Shown here: positions 11,929-25,100 of the stretch, piece by piece | Layout of the letters: every line of letters starts with the position of its first letter | Position numbering within the stretch: position 1 is the stretch's first letter | Source of the DNA: Orbicella franksi | Taxonomy: Eukaryota | Assembly: GCA_964199315.1 (NCBI GenBank) | Contig: OZ116703.1 | Coordinates: 682,001 to 746,000 of the forward strand | DNA length: 64,000 nt | Reading direction: 5' to 3' | Made by a program: the position numbers and the translations under genes | Notes under the pieces: model-generated | What the model was told of the DNA's origin: nothing | The model's input: only the letters and a program-made list of their open reading frames with translations | Database searches by the model: none

Positions 11929-12673
11929 GCTTTAGAACCTCTGTGACTGAGTTATTTTGGAAATAATAATCCTCAGGCAGTTAATGTTACCTGTGTACGA
12001 CTGTTGAACTGTTCACAATAAAGCTCAACAGTGTTAATTTCATCAAATCATCATATCCATAACCCTAGTTTTGTAAAATGCGAGTGAAATCATTTCCCTC
12101 AAATTATCGTCCGAGTTTTTCTCGCACTTTATTATTTTTCACAATTTCATAAAATTCTTTTGTTTTGAGAATGAGTCGAAGTTATTCTTTGCTGAACAAT
12201 CATACCAGGTATATGGCAAGAATGGCTGAAAAATCTAAGACAAAGTCCTTGCAAAGAATTCTTTGTACAAGTTGAACATAACCAAATTTTCACAAACACC
12301 TTCAATTTCTTTATTTTTATTTTTATTTCTGAAATGAAAAGTATGAATTTCGTGGGTTGTCAGGTCTACCACCAATTTTTAATAAGCATTTTCTCATTTG
12401 GTTCAAAAGTAAAAGTAAAGTCTTTGGTATTGATATGCAGATTTTGCCATTCTAAATATTTAAAAAGCTTTCCCTTTGTACAGTAGATTAAAAGTAACAA
12501 ATATTTACATCTCACTTACTCGACAGCGCTTCTTCATTAATTGCTAAGGGCTGAAATTGTTCGTTAAGAGTTTTTCAGCAGTTTGTGATCATACAAAGCA
12601 AGCAAAACTTTTCGGGGATCTTACAAAGAACTGTCATTATCTAGCTGAAAAACCGACCCGTTTTCAAGAAAAG

Positions 12674-12999
12674 ATGTACAATGATTCTGGTACAAAACCA
12701 AACTGCTCCGCCCCGCCAGGAAACGTCTCCTGTCTTGGACAGCTCGTTCCGGAGATGCCTCCCATGGATGTCATCTCGCTTCTTTCCCTACAAGAAACGC
12801 TTCACCCAATTTTCACGGCCGTTGAGTCGCACTTTCAATCGCTTTCCTCGGCAATCTTTTGATCGTCTTAACCATTGTCTCGAACAAAACAATGCGTACC
12901 TTGGCACATCTCTTTCTCGTGAACGTCGCTATCGCAGATTTGTTCTTCGCGACGCTCAATATTGCTGGACACGCCACTGAGCATTTATTGAACGAGCAG
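12674..12999 (+). pseudogene. Frameshifted class-A (rhodopsin-like) GPCR fragment: N-terminus, TM1, TM2
   Basis: One frame gives MYNDSGTKPNCSAPPGNVSC..., with three N-x-S sequons, up to ...PIFTAV. After a shift at ~12824 a second frame gives VALSIAFLGNLLIVLTIVSNKTMRTLAHLFLVNVAIADLFFATLNI, containing the TM1 GN and TM2 LxxAD-type motifs. No convincing TM3-TM7 exons were found. Confidence 0.7.
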
Positions 13000-15900
13000 G
13001 CCCTAATTAAAAGAGACATTTTGTACGCTATACAGACCTATAATGGAAGTAAGATTGGTAGCGTACGCCGTGTCCATGTTTTAAAAGATTGGTAATTCTT
13101 CCAGGGGAATTTCTTATTGTTAATGGAACTTATTTAAAAATTGATTTTAATATTAGTTAATTTTGTAGAAGGTTGAAAAGCCACTCTTTATGACCGCTTT
13201 GACAAGAAGTATTAGAACATATTTTATCTACTTATACGTTTCCTTTGCTGTCTCTTTGGTCGTTTATCATTTAACGGAAAATTCCGGAAATTTCGGTCAA
13301 AATGTAAATGGTAAGGCGAAACGTCTTGAAAGGTAGTCCAAAATTTCCAACCGAAATATCCAAGTGGAAAATGTGCTTACAAAATGTTTGTTTCCTGTAA
13401 ATGGTTACTTTTTATGCTACGTAGTCAATAAGAACATTAAATGAAAATGAATTTCATTATACGATATAACCGCAGAATTTTATTACCCATCCCGATTTCA
13501 CCTTCGCATCACTTCAGATGGTTTGTAATAATAGAAGAGCCGGCACTGGAATTTTCCTGCAAATGTTTTGCTGCCACAATCCTGATATTCCAATAAATTC
13601 TCAGTAGAGAGCTCACCCGAAAGCAAACAGTCTTATCAAAGTTCCGAACCTTGCAAGGAAATGAACCATTTTCACCAAATAAGGCAAATTAGCACATCCA
13701 ACCTTTAAGGTGAGAGGGGGCAGTCTGAGTGCAATGTGAGGGAATCTTCAGTTGGCTTGCCCTCTGACGACCACTTTGTAGCGAAGGAATGTTATCGTCA
13801 TTATTATGAAACCTGTTCTTAGGGAATCAAAACCATGCAACTAGCTAAGGTATGTATGGCAAATGTGCAGTAAACTTTTTTCGTGGCGAACTTAAAAAAT
13901 CTGCTGAGAAAGGGTGACGAAACGAAATCTTCATCACCGACCACTATGGAAGACCAATGTATAGATTTAGCCAAGCCTAAAAGCTGAGCTCCTGATTTCA
14001 TTGAATTAACCTGGTTTGAGCGTGCGATCCAATTGCAAACCAGTACCTCTGCAGCTGTCAACTTCAACAAACACGTGACTTCAATGAGCTGATATGGTAA
14101 CGGGACACTCGTCAGCAGATACCTTATCTTGACAGGTGTCAATTGGCTTTAACATGAATGAACAATATCAAAGATGTACGCTGTTAACCAAGGCAGCCTA
14201 TTAGCTGGAGTTTGGCCGCCATTTTGTGCGACGACGTCGTCGTTATCGTCGTGCGTATACAGTACCGCTAGCCATGATGACCATTAGGAAAGCAACTCAC
14301 GGGTTCCTATGAGTATGGTGCTCCGCTTGGCGAGAATGGTCGCCGGAGCTCCGTTATAATTATGTGCCATTTATTAAAGCCGTTCATTATAAGGTTTTTG
14401 TTTTCTATCATTCCTTTCAAAAAAAAGCATTCAATCGAACAGCGTTGCGGCGTTTCGAGCTCTTTGTCTTTTTCTGAAAGAAAAGCTTAAGTACCTTGAC
14501 AACCATCAATATGTTGTCATGAAAAAAAAATTGGAATAACAAATTAAAAGCTTTCATGGTTAAGTTTCGTAATGAATATCGGTTAGGATGAAAAAGCTTT
14601 TTATAAACCATCGCGAAGCCGTAATTTCCAAGGCAATAGCATCACGATTGGCAATTAAGAGCAGATCTGTGATGTCATAAGGAAACTAAATTAAGAGGCT
14701 GTTGTTAAAGGTGGTGTTTCGGTCCATATCCTGGTCTGTCATGATCCCCCTGTTTGATAATTTGCAATATTTATTTCTACAGCTAAATCGGACACGCACT
14801 AAATGCGCTTGTTTTAATATATGCTACCATTGTCCGACCTTGGCCGGCGTTCTTGCAATTGTGTATGAAAGATGAAATGGTTGCCGAAGACCATAATAAT
14901 TTCTTTTAAAAGTAATATAGCTACATTTAGTGTGAATTAAAGTGTTGATTCCAGTGCTGTCAATTTTTTTCCTTTCCAATCACCGAAACACTAACCCTAC
15001 CCTTTGATCGAGAGTACAGGGTCAAGGACAAATAGCTTGTGATTCTGAGTCGATTCTGCAGGAAAGTTACATCTTATTTTGAGAAAATGAATAAAAATGT
15101 GTTAATCTTTGTTAAAACAGAACATGAATGGCGAGTGTTTATTAAAAAAAATTGTTGACTCAAATTTACACTGCCGAAAGGTTACAATCTCCATGTTTAA
15201 TCAGCCGCGGGGCCTTTGAAAACCATTACTTTTCTTACGGGGTTTTCGACTCCTTTCCTGTCTGCATGCAGCCTCTGCAGTGTGTAATCAAGCAACGCCG
15301 AAATTACTGATATTATGATAAACGGTTCCGAGTTGACCATTGTGCGTTACGTAGCGCGCTACATTTTTAGTTTTCGAGTGGGATCTACCAGCATTAATGT
15401 ATTTTTGGGAACAATGTAAGTGAAAGATTATCTTTACAAATGTCAGAAGCACAAATGAACTATAGTGCCCTTTATCGTGTTAGCTTACGAGAATTATTTG
15501 GGAGCGGCGTAACTAGAGATAGAGCACACGTCAATTGCGCGCCATTCGTATTTTAGGACGACCTCGCTTGCTCGAGCATCACTCGCTCGTCGACCACGGG
15601 GTGGAGCTCCAGTACCATTGAGGGCATTTCATTGAAATTGACCTGCCAATAAGGCCATACGCTTTTGTTCCTTTTAACAATTTAGCACAAGGAGTAAAAA
15701 TTACAATTACAATGTTCTCTTTTCCTTTGCGCAATCTGCGCCATTCTCCGTTCAGTTGGGCTGATTAAAGTGTCTTTTCTAAAAATAATATTGGTTCGTA
15801 GTTTGTTGATACAAAGCCGACATAAAATGAATAAGAGAAATGTAGATATTGCTGCTATTCATTGAAAGCGCGGATGCAAATACAGGATGGTTGATGAAAC

Positions 15901-18900
15901 AATGATCATTTGTTTTCATTGATACCACCTTTTCATAGAATCTTAAGATATATTGCAAGCTGACAAAAGGTAGTCAGTATAAGCAGTCGTGGGCTGATTG
16001 ACATTTTCAGCAAAATTTTAAGTTTCGCTAAGATAATTAGGAGAGAACATTCAAAGGAAAAGAAGGCAATCAACATAAGCTTATAAAGGTAAAAATTACT
16101 ATTAGTGTATATAACAAAAGCTGACCTCATTAGTCTCGTTTGTCATAGTTTTGATTGACTTGTAACAATTTGAGTCCAGCCTAATATATTCACCCGAACT
16201 GGACCAAAAATGTACCAGTAAATCTTTTTTTCATTGTCATGGTTTAAGGTTTTTTGAGCCGCTCTTCGCATTTAAGTGTCGGTTTTATATCGATCAGATG
16301 TGTCTGACTGAAAACGTACGCCAGTGACCGCCATGTCCAGATGACTGACTGACGACTGCCGGACTGGCTTTTCCTGCCGGTTTATGCCTGTTTTCAAATG
16401 TGTTGATTGTTTTCATGAACGGCTGAGCTGGCCAGACCTTGGCCTTGTCAAGGATGAGTTAGAGCCAGAAAAAAGTTCACAATTTCACTGTTCCTCGTAG
16501 CCTTGATTTATAAGGGGTTTTCAGCCTTTCAGGTCAAAGTGATAACTCATTCAAATGCAAATCCTGCACCTGCCAGTTGAAATTGGATGATTTGTTTGTC
16601 CAGCAACTTACAAGGGCACTACGGTGTTTCCTGAACGTCGCGAAACTATTTATTTCCCCTTAGCGCAACAAAATGAGATCTTCTTAGGACTCATCTTTGA
16701 AATTTGGCGCGTCATGATGACATTGAGCAATCACTTCGCATCTGACGTCATCGATGCTGTCACGTGCTCACTGTCACGACTGAAATGTTTTCAAGTGAGT
16801 CGATTCACGGTACACTTCTAAAGGTAAGGATTCTGCGTTTTTCCGCCTGACTGTTCTTATACTTCGCTTGAGTTCCGGTCATATAATATGTTATGAATAA
16901 GTAGTGAAAGAGTGCGGTCCGGAAAAGCTTCCCAAACAAAAGCACTCTGTATTTCGAGGCGACACGCATGGTTGAGGGCACGGTGGTTTGATAGAGTTTG
17001 AACTTTCTCGCTCTGTAGCCGATTGTATTTAATTCCGGCGTGAATTGAATTTCTCGACACACGTTTTGTTGAGTAGTGCAAAGGTTTCTGACTACTAATG
17101 GAGACTTAAGTCATGATTTGGACGAGTTTGGAAGTTATCACGACATAGGCTGGGATTCCTCGACAAGCGCGTCGCCAAGAGCAGGGTTAATTTATTTTGG
17201 CGCGCTTGTCAAATTTCGCTGAACTGATGTTGTGAACTGCGTGTTGGTCTGTTCTTCTTTGTGAACCTGCTCTGTCATTCCACCGTTGTTCTTTGGTTAA
17301 ACTGGTCAGAACTAAGCGAATCTGGAGGTTTGTAGAAGTCGCAAATTCGGCGGCTGTGAATACAGCGATCGGGGATATTTTGTTTACAAAATGTGACACT
17401 AAAGGTAATGGTTAACGAGAGCTGCCGAGAGGTTTGTTGCGACGAACAGATGTGATGCAACTTGCTCTGCTGCTCAGTTTCTCTACTTAGTAATACATAT
17501 ATTGGATACAGAAGTATGTGCCAGCTTTCTTTATCACCTAAAAGTATTTTTGTATTCATGGCGTGCTCAGATAAATGGGTCTTTTATTTGTAAGGAATGA
17601 ATATGGTTGACTAACCTTTTATCCAGTTCGATATTTATAAATTGTGTCTGCGATTTGCCCCAGCATAACCAAACGATTTGATCTGAGGGCATAAGTACTG
17701 AGGATTTGTCTTCCAAATGTCATGGCCCCTTGTGTGGGACAAAATTTAAATGATCTCTCTATTTCAACTAGTCATTTCTTGAATAAACCACTTGTGCAAA
17801 TCACCTTTGTTGTGAAAACACTATAGGGCATTTGTTATAAATTTGCTCTATTTTTATCCTACCCGAGTCTATGGTTTTAATGAGGAGCCTCTACATGAAC
17901 TTTACAGTAGGTCTGCAACAAAATTTGAAACACTGCATCATGTTGGGGACATCAAAGAAATTTTTGTCTCTTTCTATTGGGTAGTTTCAACCCTGAGCAG
18001 TTTTCAGTCGTTTCAGTTTGAGTTTTGAAGCTTAACTTTTCAAGTAAAATAAGTTATTCCACCATTCCCTACCAATGATTGGATCTGTAGAGTTTATACT
18101 GACAGTGCACAGGACTCCAATAGTATATAAATTCAAGTGAAACAGGCTTTTATTTTTCCTTCGCTTGGTTTAAAATTTTCCAAAGGGTCTTGATAGTAGT
18201 AGACAAGTCAAGAATTTTAAGAAAACGACAAAATGTTTGAGTTTACAAACATATTTGGACAGAAACTTCTGTCATCCTCAGTTAATCCAAGTACAAAGCA
18301 CTTTTTCAAACATCTGCAAAATTCTGAACATTGTCGTGCCCTGTGTTCTACAGATTGTTTCCATGTTTTGGATCACGCCTCCACCAGTTTTTAACTTAAA
18401 AGATGCTATTCATATAGAACAACCCTCTTTGAATCAACAATTACACCATGTTAATCTAAAACTATCTCTTTAATTCTCGCACTTTCATGCTTTGCTTCAT
18501 TCTGTTGTTACTATTTATCACAATTAGCATTTTCTACTTGTTATAAATCGAGCTACCATCGCTTTGTACTTGGATTAAATGAGGATGACAGAAGTTTCTG
18601 TCAAAACATGTTTTGTAAACTCAAAGGTTTTGTCGTTTTTCTAAAATTCTGTTTAAAATGTTGTAAAAGTATTACCTTCATAATTATAAGCACAGGAGTG
18701 TTCTAACTTCTAGTCAAAGGCCTGTTTGCGAAAAAGTAATTTTTTTCCTTAGTTCATGTGAAGAGTCTCAATCAGAAGTTGATCAGAAGCACATTTTGTA
18801 GTGGTAATGGTTTATTTTATGAGATTTGTCCCTATAAGTGTGCATGTTATGTTCAGCATTCTATAAAAGTCTTTTCAAGTAATCTGCATCAGCTATTGTG

Positions 18901-19165
18901 TGACTGCTAGGAATACATGTATCTACATGTATAAAATAAATAGGAGACTTGTTTTGCCCTGATTTTGAACAAAATATTCCTCATGCAAAGGGGAAAATCA
19001 AGCAAAAAGTGAGAAAGTCCTGAAGCCTAATAGTGCATTTAACAAGCAACATGGCCTGAACACTTGTGGCAGTCTCTGACATGACATTGTGATAGGAGTG
19101 GCATGGATATTTTCTGGCATAAGTTAAGTATAAGTATTTTACTCTTTAACAGGTTTGGATTAGGA

Positions 19166-22100
19166 ATGGAAAGAGATTTGAGTCTGACTGGATCCACAAA
19201 ACGGAAGTGAGTGCTATATTCTGAATACATAAGTATATAAGCGGAATTAAATGTATTGACTTGGAGATGATACACACTCCTTATATGATGTTATCAGTCT
19301 CACAGCCCTGTACAGGCAAGAAAAACTATGAGGTGCTTACTTAATGTCTACAATGACAGTATAACTTGTTAAGACATCAAAAAAGGGAGTTATTACCATA
19401 AGAGACTTTAAATTTGAGTATGTATCAAGACTGAGTACAAGTAAGTAAAGTTAAAGTCTGCATATGGGCCAAGTGGCCCACCAGGCTGGAGCTTATCCTG
19501 GTTTCTGTAGCATGAAGTGACTAGGAGTATTTCTAGTCCCCCCTGGATGGAATGCTAATCCATCGCAGGGTTACCCCCAGCATTAAGTTCGCTGGTACCC
19601 ATTTATACACCTGGGTAGAGAGAGGCACTGTGAGAGTAAAGTGTCTTGCTTAAGAACACAACGCAATGTCCCTGACCAGAGCTCGAACCCTCATCGCTCG
19701 ATCTGGAGACAAGCACACTAACCATGAGGCCACCATGCCTCCCATTGGGTACAAGTAGGACTTTTCAGTTGTAGTTTGCAGGTGTCACATTATCACATCA
19801 CAAACCAACATGAAGTGCAAGGGCTCTGTAAGCGCCACTTGTTCGAAATTGTACTCAAACTCAATTTCGTACTCTAGTCCAACCTAAAGGTTCCTAATAT
19901 TCTACAGTGTAACAGCATCCATTTTGCGTTTGTCTCTTTTGGGTAGGGGGTGGAGAAGAATATCAATCAAAAGGTCAATGTAATGCTCTTTGGTGGACTT
20001 CTCTTTTCCTCAAAGGACCACTCCTATGAGAGCTTGTGCAGAAGGTCACTGTTATCCGTGTAGGCCTGTAAAAAAAGATTCATTACAGTTGAATTTTCAA
20101 ACATCAGGCTGCCTTCTCATTATAAATTGACTCTGGCAGTAGACAGCATTTTCAAGACTGTATAGCACATTCATACAGCAGAACTATGTGTGGGAAGTTG
20201 TTAATGCATGCCAACAACAACAACTTTGTTATGACTCTCATATTTACAATTTTACAAGAATATTTGCACATTAAGTTAAAAGAGCTTGACAATAGCAGCA
20301 GTGCGAACCTGCAGGTAGCTTGGGCTAATCTAGATGGGCCACATCTATATTACCAAGTTTATAGAAAGCATCATTGTAATAAAATTGCAGTTACTTGTAG
20401 ATGATTTTAAAATCTAACTTTTTTTTACCTGAAGTTCTTGTTTACAAGTTCAGTCTGCTATATTTGATTGTGCAGAGAGGTATCGACAAAGCTTTACTAA
20501 TGTTTGATTTTCATGTAATGTTTATTTGTTCTTTCATTTGTTATTTTGGGCCTGGATGTCATGAAATTTAACTCAGACAGCTCTAGTTTTGTTTAGTACA
20601 GTCTGCATAGCTGCCACATGTTTGCAATAATGATGACCATGTTTTATTTTGTTGCAGACTTAATTTTGATGAATCAAGTTATGGTGATGGAAAAGGTGAG
20701 AATTTTAATGAATCATCCTGTACTTCATGTGGTTATTTTTAAGAGGCAATACAGAATTTCTTCCAGATTATAATTTTAGTGCATTTAAGTGTAAGTGAGA
20801 AGTTGAATGCAAGTTGAAGACTCAATGTGGTAGCATCGAAAAAAAAAATGTTGTTTGTAGTGGTCAATGCGCTTAGCTGTTACTAGCTAGTTCACAGGCA
20901 TGCAATGAAGGAAACAAATATGTCAACTAACCGAATAGGCTTAAAAATCCGAACCAGCGGGAGGCAGACCAGTTGGCTATTTACAAGCATGACCAAGGAG
21001 TTGAACTAGGGTCTACCGAGAAACAACTCCAGCTAAGTGGTCAGAGCAGGACTTGAACACGCGACCTCCAGGTTTCAAGTCTGGCACCCTAACCATTCGG
21101 CCACACTGCCTCCTAATGCAACCTCTGTTTGGTGTTTTCTTTTAGTATCTTTTGCACCAACTTACTCAAGCAACACATACTGTACTAGTCGTCAATTGGC
21201 TTAAGGCTATTAGTGTTTTCTATAGGGCTTGAAATAACGGTTGGTCAACTGACAATGTTCGGACTGATTGGGAATTTGACCAGTGAATCTTTCATCTTGC
21301 CGGTCATGTTGACCAGTCACATTCAGTTGTATTGAAAATGAAATAAATTAAAGTTTCCATGCTGTTCAGTTTTTTCAGTTGTTATTAGTATGTAGCGAGT
21401 TGCTGTGTATTTTGGAACTTTAATCTGAATTCCCGAGTGAAATGCAACTAGAATTATTTACAATTTGCCCATTGAAACAGACACCAGAGTTTGCACACTT
21501 CTAGTCACAAAATTAGAAATATTTTTACTTTTATTAGTTAATTTTCAAGTTTCACATTTCTCCCTGCATATAAAGTAATTCCTCAGCACAGAATAAATAT
21601 AATCAAAGTATAATGCAAAGGAACTATACTTTATAAAACCAATAATTACTCCACTCTTGGCAAGTTTATCTATGCACTTATCTGTTGCATTAAAATGCCT
21701 GGTTACTAAGCTTTTTCTCGATGAATACAAATTTTCTTCTTTTGTAATGGGGAGTAACATGGATTACCGGCAGAGTTTTAGGTTCAAGATCTCACACCGT
21801 GATGTATACACCAGAAATCATCATATTTAGAGGCACTGGACGAATTAAATGTATATGATAACTTTATTTAATGTGTTACAGGTTAGTCTTACAGACATTG
21901 TACCTATTAATAGACTATTAAGCTTATTTTCATTTTGCTGCTGTAATTTATTTTTACTGTTGACAATGAGTGCTTTAAAGTGCTATAAAATCTAGGCAAC
22001 AACTGTTTTGGAAATATATAATACCAGTTTGGTTCATGGGCCCCTGTTTTAAGAGTTATTTATCTTATAAATTTGACCAACCAGAAATGACACATGACAG

Positions 22101-25100
22101 AGCTAAAATGAATTTGGCCGGTAATCGTATCAGGAGACTCTCCAGAAATTATTTCAAGCCCTGTGGGTTATGTTCTTATGATAAACACTGAATGCATGGC
22201 CCCAAGGGGAACTATGAGTTTTTTTCCTTGGTGAGAGTACTGACAGAGGCAAAATGCATCGTCAAAGGAAAACAACACCCACAGGGTTGTGATATGCAGT
22301 GTACAATGTATCCTATAATTGGCAAACATATTGTTCAGGAGTTTCATTACTATTTCCAGCCGGAAGGCAATTGGTTTTCACAAACAGGGAAAACACTTTG
22401 AACTGCAGTTTTCTTTGAGAAAACCTTTCCTCCAGATGGATGGCAAGCAAAATTGGACGGCTGGTCCTTAATGAAACTCCTAATGTTGCATTTCTAGTTT
22501 CTGATTTATAATCAGCATTATTCTTAATCTGGTTGACTGATCCAGATGTTGTGGAATTGTTTGTCTTATACCTTAGTCATCTGTGATATAATTAATCATT
22601 GCATCTTTGACTTTAACCAACAGGCAAAAGGCCTCGGTTGCAAGTCACAATTCCTAGGCTACAATTGTCTCAAAAACAGTTGGAGAGATTACGAAAAATC
22701 TCTTCAAAACATCTGAAAGCACCATTAACAGCTAACAAGGAAGTTGACGAGGAAAATGTTGCTACTGTGAATACCAGTGTCTCCTCAAGTGCATCAACAA
22801 CAGAAACAGGATTAACAGAGACAACAGTAGTGAAAGAGCCAGTAACGACAGTAGAAGAGAGTCTACTGTCTACCTCCCCAAGTGCATCAACAATAGAGAC
22901 AGTATCAACAGAGACAACAAAAGTCGTGAAAGAGCCAGTAACGACAGTGGAAGAGAGTCCCATCAGACACCGGTTGACAAACCTCTTAGATGGATCATCC
23001 CTCAGTCCATTACAGGATAGTGCAGTGCACTCTGATGAGGACAATGTCAAAAGCATTAACTGCAAGGGAGGAGGTCAACTAAACAATGCTGAGGGTTTAT
23101 CAGGACCAGTGTCAACAGAGGAAAATTTCTTTTGTTCAAACGAGCTCCCCTCCTCTGACAATGGCTTATCACCTTTAATGCATGAGGAAGATTGTATAAC
23201 AGTACCTTGCCATCCTGATGTTGTGTCGAGGACCTGTATGCAGGTTGAAATAGGATGCACTCAGACATCATCTGATAACGACAGTCAAGCAGCCGATGTC
23301 ATTACTGCCTCTGAGCAAGATAAAGAAGTAAATCATGAAACGGACCAAACGCTGCAACCTTGGACGACGAGTGTTCCAGAGGAAGGAAATGAACCCAGAA
23401 GTGTTTCCCCGGGTAGCCGTGACATATTAGGTCAGCTTTCCAATAATGCTCTGCCAGATGAGAATGAGGCTGAAAATGGAAATGCTGAAGAAAGCAGCGG
23501 TGTGATGTCGAGATCTGCTGAAGTACGTGCAGGAGATAGCACGATTGATTATTCAAGTGACTACAATACGCTAGAGGTTTGTGGAGCTTCTTTGCCTTTC
23601 AAACAATGTGGTGTACATGTAAACGGCATTCTTTATTTTTCTTAAGTCTCATCCTTTTGGCCTGTTGCATACTTACATTATTTTTGTATTAATGGATACA
23701 ATATAGGCCATGAATACCTTACTGACAACGGTCACTGAAGAAAAAAGAGCCAGGACAGAACTAGAAGAACTAGTTTCACATCTAGAAGAGAGAAATAAAG
23801 AACTTCTCTTAGAGTGTGTAAAACTGAGGGACCTTGTGAATGACTTGCTGCCTTCATCCAAGGTATGGATCCATATGTACACACCTCTAATGTATGCTAC
23901 AGTCAGAGCAGCAGGGGCTGCCATTGGTAACTCTTCATGAATTAAAGCACCTCGAGAATTCCTGATTCTTATCAAATCAAATGATAGTACAAGCACTTGA
24001 GAGTACTTCAACAGCTATCATGCCATCATGGTAAAGTAGGAATTAAAAAGTTGTGTTGCCTAACAAATTCAGAACAAAAATTGTGAGCTCAGTTCTCAAA
24101 GACTGAACTTTGTTTTCAACTGGTACTCGTCGAACAGGAGACAATTGCGTTCAATCAGTCATTAGTGTTTGAGTAGACTTTTTTGCGTTACGTAATCCTT
24201 CTGTGTAAGAGTTGCAATCGTTCGTGTTTCGCATATATTACGTCAACTTAGCCCTTTTTTTTGTTCACTTAAATAAGTTTAATTTTAATCCTCGGCTTGT
24301 ACAGTACGGATCGGAACTTTTTGGACATTTTTGAACATCGAGGACACTCGGACTGTCAAGGCATCGTTTTAAAGTTTGGTTCTGGTAATCTTGTGTAATA
24401 GAATAAGTGTTTATCTGGTAAGCACTCGTTCCACTGATTGGCTACAGGCATCCATGTATGCTTCAGTAACAATAGACACTATTTTTTGTAGGTTAATATA
24501 GATGTATCTGTCGTTGTCTTTTCTAAGAATTAAAGAGGTTGGGTATTCAACTCTTGTAAACCAATCTCAGAATCTTGTTAATTTATTTACAGGTGAAAAA
24601 TGAAACTGTTTCAAGAGGAATTCAAATCAATATGGACTTAGTAAGTACCTGAGAGTTCCGCTGTTTTCGGAAATATCAGTGCTTTAATTATTGAATATTG
24701 CGGGAAAAAAAATGATCCAGCTCAGGTTTTTTTAGTGTCTAAAGCTACCATGGATGTGTGAAATCCATCAACACCTCAATTGGTTGTTTCCTAGCGATTT
24801 TGAAGAAAAACTTTGTGATCTTAACATTCATTGTATCATTTTTAGAGCCTCCGCCGAGGAAGAGCTGTTGATAGAGCAACATCACCCTTGAGGAGGATAC
24901 GAGAGCCATCTCCTGACTTAACTATCCTATCATTTTCAACTGGATGCCAGACAGTTGATCTTTCAAATGAAATGAAGTCTACTGCGTGTCAAACTGATCC
25001 CCCACTGGACGCAAGACTACTAGCAACGTGCGCAACACAAAGTGTTTCCCCTGCTCGAGTTCAAGGAATTGTCATGCCCAACGTCCAAGGGAGAGCTCCA

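Noticed and set aside
19690-21113. tRNA-like sequences with A/B boxes (19690-19743, 21045-21113)
   Set aside because: They are SINE heads attached to repeat bodies, with no complete cloverleaf or acceptor stem; not called as tRNA genes.
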